Below are positions 58,966-64,000 of a stretch of 64,000 bases of DNA, piece by piece. A model generated the notes under the pieces. It searched no databases. It had not been told where the DNA came from and worked only from the letters and a program-made list of their open reading frames with translations. Every line of letters starts with the position of its first letter. Position 1 is the first letter of the stretch. Location: NCBI GenBank assembly GCA_052327205.1, contig CM126214.1, positions 141,918,001-141,982,000 on the forward strand, given 5' to 3'. Both the position numbers and the translations under genes were made by a program. This DNA is from Somniosus microcephalus (lineage: Eukaryota).

Positions 58966-60752
58966 TGTTAGCAATAAAGAAAAAACTTTAAATAAATAAA
59001 ATCATTATTTTTCTCTTCAAGCTACAATGCCATACAAAACAGGTAGAGATCTGTGACAGCAGTGATCCAGAGAGGGGAAACATCATCTTTCCAAATAGGG
59101 AGAAATAGATCCACTGGACATTGGGTGGGTGGGTGGGGTGGTAACAGGAGATGTCAATTTTCTTTTTAAAAGAGCCTGAAGGGCACATTACTATACATTC
59201 TGCTTATAGCCTGCACTTTCAACTACTCTGGAAATCTATGCTTAATGGGCCTCACAATCTCTGCAAACCCATGCCTACATCTGCTGGGCCAGCATCCTGT
59301 TAAGGTGAGTCCCCACATGCAGTGCACCACAACTCTCAAGAAAATACATTTCTCTGCTCTGCAGACCCTCCCAAAACAAGCATGTGGGTGAAACAACTGT
59401 GGGATATATGCCAGTGAGCAATGCATGGACTCTGCCTGGAACTGGAAAGATGTATTGAGCTCTTTTCTGGCAGTCCATGACTCAGGCACCCATCCTCTAC
59501 ACCCAAGATCAGCATGGAACCACAAACTCCCAGCTCCCAAAGGACAATAACCCTACGCTGCAAGTAGACAGGACCTTTAATTATCCCTGACTCAGCCAAA
59601 CCGTAGGAACTCAAATTATGCCAATGCCAAACAATGTGTTGTTCCAATGTGCATACATCCGTAACAAGACAAAATATGCCAGTGTACTCTACCAAAATAT
59701 AATTTTACAAAAAATGTATCCTCAAAGAAAATTTTAAAAGGAGCCTGAAAAATATGCTTAGCCCAGAATTGCATACACCAGGCCAAAGGCAAAATGTCAT
59801 GAATTATGGTACCTGTAGTATCATTCTCACGTAAAAGGAGTGGCCATTGCAAGGCCACATCTCTTGGGCAGAATCCAATGTAGATGTAGCTTGTGAGAAG
59901 ACTGATGTCAGAAATAAATAAAGAATGACAGAGGGTACTTATACCTATCCCTTCTCCAGGTACAGATGTTTCTCTCAAATGTCCTTGTTTGAGAACACTA
60001 TTTTAATTGTCAATTGTGCTGTTAACAAGTGCCTCCTTAAGGAAGATTTAGAGCTTGAACTCTATCTCCTTGAAAGAACTATTGTCTGCTTAATTAATTT
60101 TGTCCTTGTCTACCTTGCTAAATCTTTGTTGTAAACAGATTAATGGAATCACCCAAAAGTGCCTTTTTCTTGCATGCAAATTTTAAGTTATTTGTCTATA
60201 GAGATGTTTGAATTGCTGTGGTGGAATTAAACTCAATGACCTTCAACAGAAGCTGTACCTTGGCATGCACTGTGTAAACTTTGTGCCATGCTGGAGCAAA
60301 AGCCTCCACTTCAAGTTTATTCCTGGCACCAGCCAACTTATAGGAACATACAGAGGAACTTTGCTCGGAGTACTGGGCAACTGACTAACAGATGTCAAAA
60401 GAACTCAATAAACTGGTCTCAGACTCAGGTCAAAGTCCTCATGTCTGAACCTACTTGAATAGGAGTACTTTTCGGTGAGAATAGTCACAAGATAGTTACA
60501 GATGAGGGAGGCCATTACACCCATCTTAGTTTATCCACCCAGAAAGTCCCAACTACAGCATCCAATTTGTTCTTAAATGGTTGTCCGGTCATCATCCTAT
60601 ACATCTCTTGTTGCTGAAAAGCCCTGGTTTCTTCAATATTTCATCATAACTCAAACCAATACCACTAGGGATCAGTCACGTGGCTTTTCAAGACTGCTTC
60701 TTGAATGTCTCCCTTGTATCTTGGCCAGAACCGGATACAATACTCAAGATAT

Positions 60753-63700
60753 ACTCAAAGTTCCAGGGTACTTGACGTTTCGAAAAGACAGGCAGAATGG
60801 AAAAGGAGGGAGTAGCCCTGATAATAAAGGATGACATAAGGACATTAAGGATCTCGGCTCGAAAGATCAGGAAGTAGAATCAGTATGGGTGGAGATAAGG
60901 AATAACTAGGGGCAGAAAACACTGGTAGGAGTAGTAAATAGGCCCCCCAACAGTAGCTATACCGTTGGACAGAATATTAATCAAGAAATAGTAGGAGCTT
61001 GCAACAAAGGTAATGCAATAATATTGGTGGACTTTAATCTTCATATAGGCTGGACAAAGCAAATTGGCAAAGGTAGTCTGGAGGACGAGTTCATGGAAAG
61101 CATTCAGGACAATTTCCTAGAACAATATGTCATGGAACCAACCAGGGAACAGGCTATTTTAGATCTTGTATTGTGTAATGAGACAGGGTTAATTAGCAAT
61201 CTCATAGTAAAGGATCCTCTGGGGCAGAGTGATCATAATATGATAGAATTTCACATTAATTTTGAGAGTGACTTGCCTAAGTCCTAAACTAGAGTCTTAA
61301 ACTTAATAAAGTCAATTACATAGGTATGAGGGGTGAGTTGGCTAAGGCAGATTGGAAAAATAGATTAAAAGCTATGGCGGTAGATAAGCAGTGGCTAGCA
61401 TTTAAAGAAATATTTCATAATTCTCAACAAAAATACATTCCATTGAGAAACAAAAACTCCACGGGAAAAGTGATCCAACCGTGGCTAACTAAAGAAGTTA
61501 AGGATAGCATTAGATTGAAAGAAGCAGCTTATAATGTTGCAAAGAATAATAATATACCTGAGGATTGGAAGAGTTTCAGAAACCAGCAAAGGTTGACCAA
61601 AAAAATTGATAAAAAAGGAAGAGAAAACTAGTGAGATATATAAAAGCAGATTGTAAGAGTTTCTACAAGTATGTAAAAAGGAAAAGAGTAGCAAAAGTAA
61701 ATGTTGGTCCGTTAGAGGCTGAGACAGGAGAAATTATTACAGGGAATAAGGAAATGGCACAAATGTTAAGCAAATATTTTGTTTCTGTCTTCACAGTAGA
61801 AGTCACAAAAAGCATACCAAAAATGGTATGGAACCAAGGGTCTAATGAGGGTGAGGAACTTAACGTAATTAATATAAGTAGAGAAAAAGTACTAGAGAAA
61901 CTAATGGGACTAAAAGCCGGCAAATCCCCTGGACCTGACGACCTACATCTTAGGGTTCTAAAAAAGAGGTGGCTGAAAAGATAGTGGATGCATTGGTTTT
62001 GATCTTCCAAAATTCCCTAGATTCTGGAATGGTCCCAGCGGATTGGAAGGTCACAAATGTAACACCGCTATTCAAGAAAGGAGGGAGAGGAAAAAACGGA
62101 ACTACAGGCCAGTTAGCCTGACATGAGTCGTTGGGAAAATGCTGGAATCCATTGTTAAGCAAGTGGTATCAAGTCACTTAGAAAATCATAACATGATTAG
62201 GCAGAGTCAACGTGGTTTTATGAAAGGGAAATCGTGTTTGACAAATTTATTAGTTTTTTGAGGATGTAACTAGCAGGGTAGATAAAGGGGAACCAGTGGA
62301 TGTACTATATTTGGATTTCCAAAAGACATTCGATAAGGTGCCACATAAAAGGTTATTACACAAGATTAGGGCTCATGGGGTTGGGATAATATAGTAGCAT
62401 GGATAGGACTCAATATCGAGTTCAACAATTTCAGATCATAACCCCATTACATTTTTACTTATATTTTTTATCCACCCCTTTGTTTTGGTATTTCCCCCCC
62501 CCCTTTCCTTTTTTTCTCTCTCTCTCCCACATGGCAGCTGTCTCTCTGCCAGAACATTTCACACCTAATCTGAGCCGTCTTTTGTCTCCACTAGTCCTAT
62601 CACCATCTCATCTCGTTTTGAATACCTCTTAACGTCTCTTCACTTCTTTTGTTCTCTCGCAGCCCTGCCTTTCGATCTATTTCATTTCCTTTCCAGTTTT
62701 GAAAAAAAGGGTTAGACCCGAAACGTCGACTCCAATTTCTCTCCACGGATGTTGCCTGGCCTGCTGAGTTTTTCCAGCATTTTCTGTTGTTATTTTGGAT
62801 TTCCAGCATCTGCAGTATTTTGCTATCGTAGCATGGATAGAGGATTGGTTAACGAACAGAAAACAGTAGGGATAAACAGATTTTTTCAGGTTGGCAGGCT
62901 GCAACTAGTGGGGTGCCGCAAGGATCAGTGTTGGGGTCTCAGCTATTTACAATCTATATTAATGACCTAGATGAAAGGACTGAGTAATGTATCCAAGTTT
63001 GCTGATGATACAAAGCTAGGTGGGACAGTAAGCTGTGAGGAGAACACAAAGAGTCTGCGAAGGGATGTAGATAGACTAAGTGAATGGGCAGTAAGGTGGC
63101 AGATGGAGAACAATGTAGGGAAATGTGTAGTTATTCACCTTGGTAGGAAGAATAGAAAACCAATATTTTTTTAAATGGTGAGTAACTTTCAAATGTTGGT
63201 GTTCAAAGAGATTCGGATGTCCTCGTGCAGGAAACACAGAAAGCTAACATGCAGGTACAGCAAGCAATAAGGCAGGCAAGTGGCATGTTGGCCTTTATTA
63301 CAAAGGGGTTGGAGTGTAAGAATAAGGAAGTCTTGCTACAATTGTACAGGGCCTTGGTGAGACCACACCTGGAGTACTGTGCACCATTTTGGTCTCCTTA
63401 TCTAAGAAAGGATATACTTGCCTTGGAGGCAGTGCAATGAAGGTTCACTAGATTGATTCCTGGGATGAGAGGGCTGTGCTATGATGAGAGATTGTGTAGA
63501 ATGGGCCTATACTCTGGAGTTTAGAAGAATGAGAGGTGATCTCATTGAAACAAGGGGATTGACGGGGTAGATGCTGAGAGGTTGTTTCCCCTGGCTGGAG
63601 TGTCTAGAACTAGGGGGCATAGTCTCAGGATAAGGGGTAGGCCATTTAAGACTGCGATGAGGAGGAATTTCTTCACTCAAAGGGTTGTGAATCTTTGGAA

Positions 63701-63908
63701 TTCTCTGCCCCAGAGGGCTGTGGATGCTGAGTCTTTGAGTATATTCAAGGCTCAGATAGATTTTTGGACTCTGGGTAATCAAGGGATATGGAGATCAGGC
63801 AGGAAAGTGGAGTTGAGGTCAATGATGAGCCATGATTTTATTGAATGGCGGAGCAGGCTCGAGGGGCCGTATGGCCTACTCCTGCTCTTATTTCTTATGT
63901 TCTTATCT
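60753..63908 (+). mobile_element. CR1 LINE, intermediate-age subfamily, ORF2 region and 3' end, interrupted by a Penelope-like insertion
   Basis: EN motifs (PGYLTFRKDR, DFNL, LDLVL, SDHN), RT motifs and tail 'cctactcctgctcttatttcttatgttcttat'. Many stops and frameshifts. Confidence 0.93.
62407..62827 (+). mobile_element. 5'-truncated Penelope-like element (ORF end plus terminal repeat) nested in CR1, 13-bp TSD
   Basis: TSD gtagcatggatag at 62394-62406 and 62828-62840. Begins (G)LNIEFNNFRS*, like the GLN-containing end of GIY-YIG PLE ORFs. Contains GGGT-TAG-ACCC-GAAAC-GTCGAC. Confidence 0.8.
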
Positions 63909-64000
63909 ATGGTATGACCAGAGCACTACAGTTTGATTCTGACTTACTCTACTTTTAGCTATATAGTTTCAACATTCTATTTACATTTTTCTGCTCTGCA

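Overview
Vertebrate genomic DNA, most likely a cartilaginous fish (inferred from the repeat families). The window holds the last coding exon and 3' UTR of DPM1 (31-135, +). It then holds the whole ADNP gene on the + strand: a CpG-island promoter at ~6.7-7.5 kb, two probable non-coding 5' exons, three coding exons (27655-27762, 33952-34044, 34994-38644; 1283 aa joined) and a 3' UTR to ~39.8 kb. The DPM1-then-ADNP order matches mammals. The rest is intronic or intergenic and rich in mobile DNA: an apparently full-length antisense CR1 LINE inside ADNP, two truncated sister copies, older CR1 and L2 pieces, Penelope-like fragments, LF-SINE-like and Deu-SINE-like SINEs, and TA-flanked MITEs. The most unusual observations are: (i) the CR1 5' UTR, where a complete CCAAT/AP-1/TATA/Inr promoter lies between two 31-bp direct repeats that each carry a splice donor, with an acceptor 1 nt before the ORF1 ATG; (ii) a UUUAAAC slippery heptamer at the CR1 ORF1/ORF2 junction; (iii) a doubled 3' module in this CR1 family; and (iv) a coding tandem repeat in ADNP carrying four PLDLS-type (CtBP-binding-like) motifs, in a protein that lacks the NAP/SIP motifs. 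Gene and repeat names come from recall of known sequences, not from a database search.
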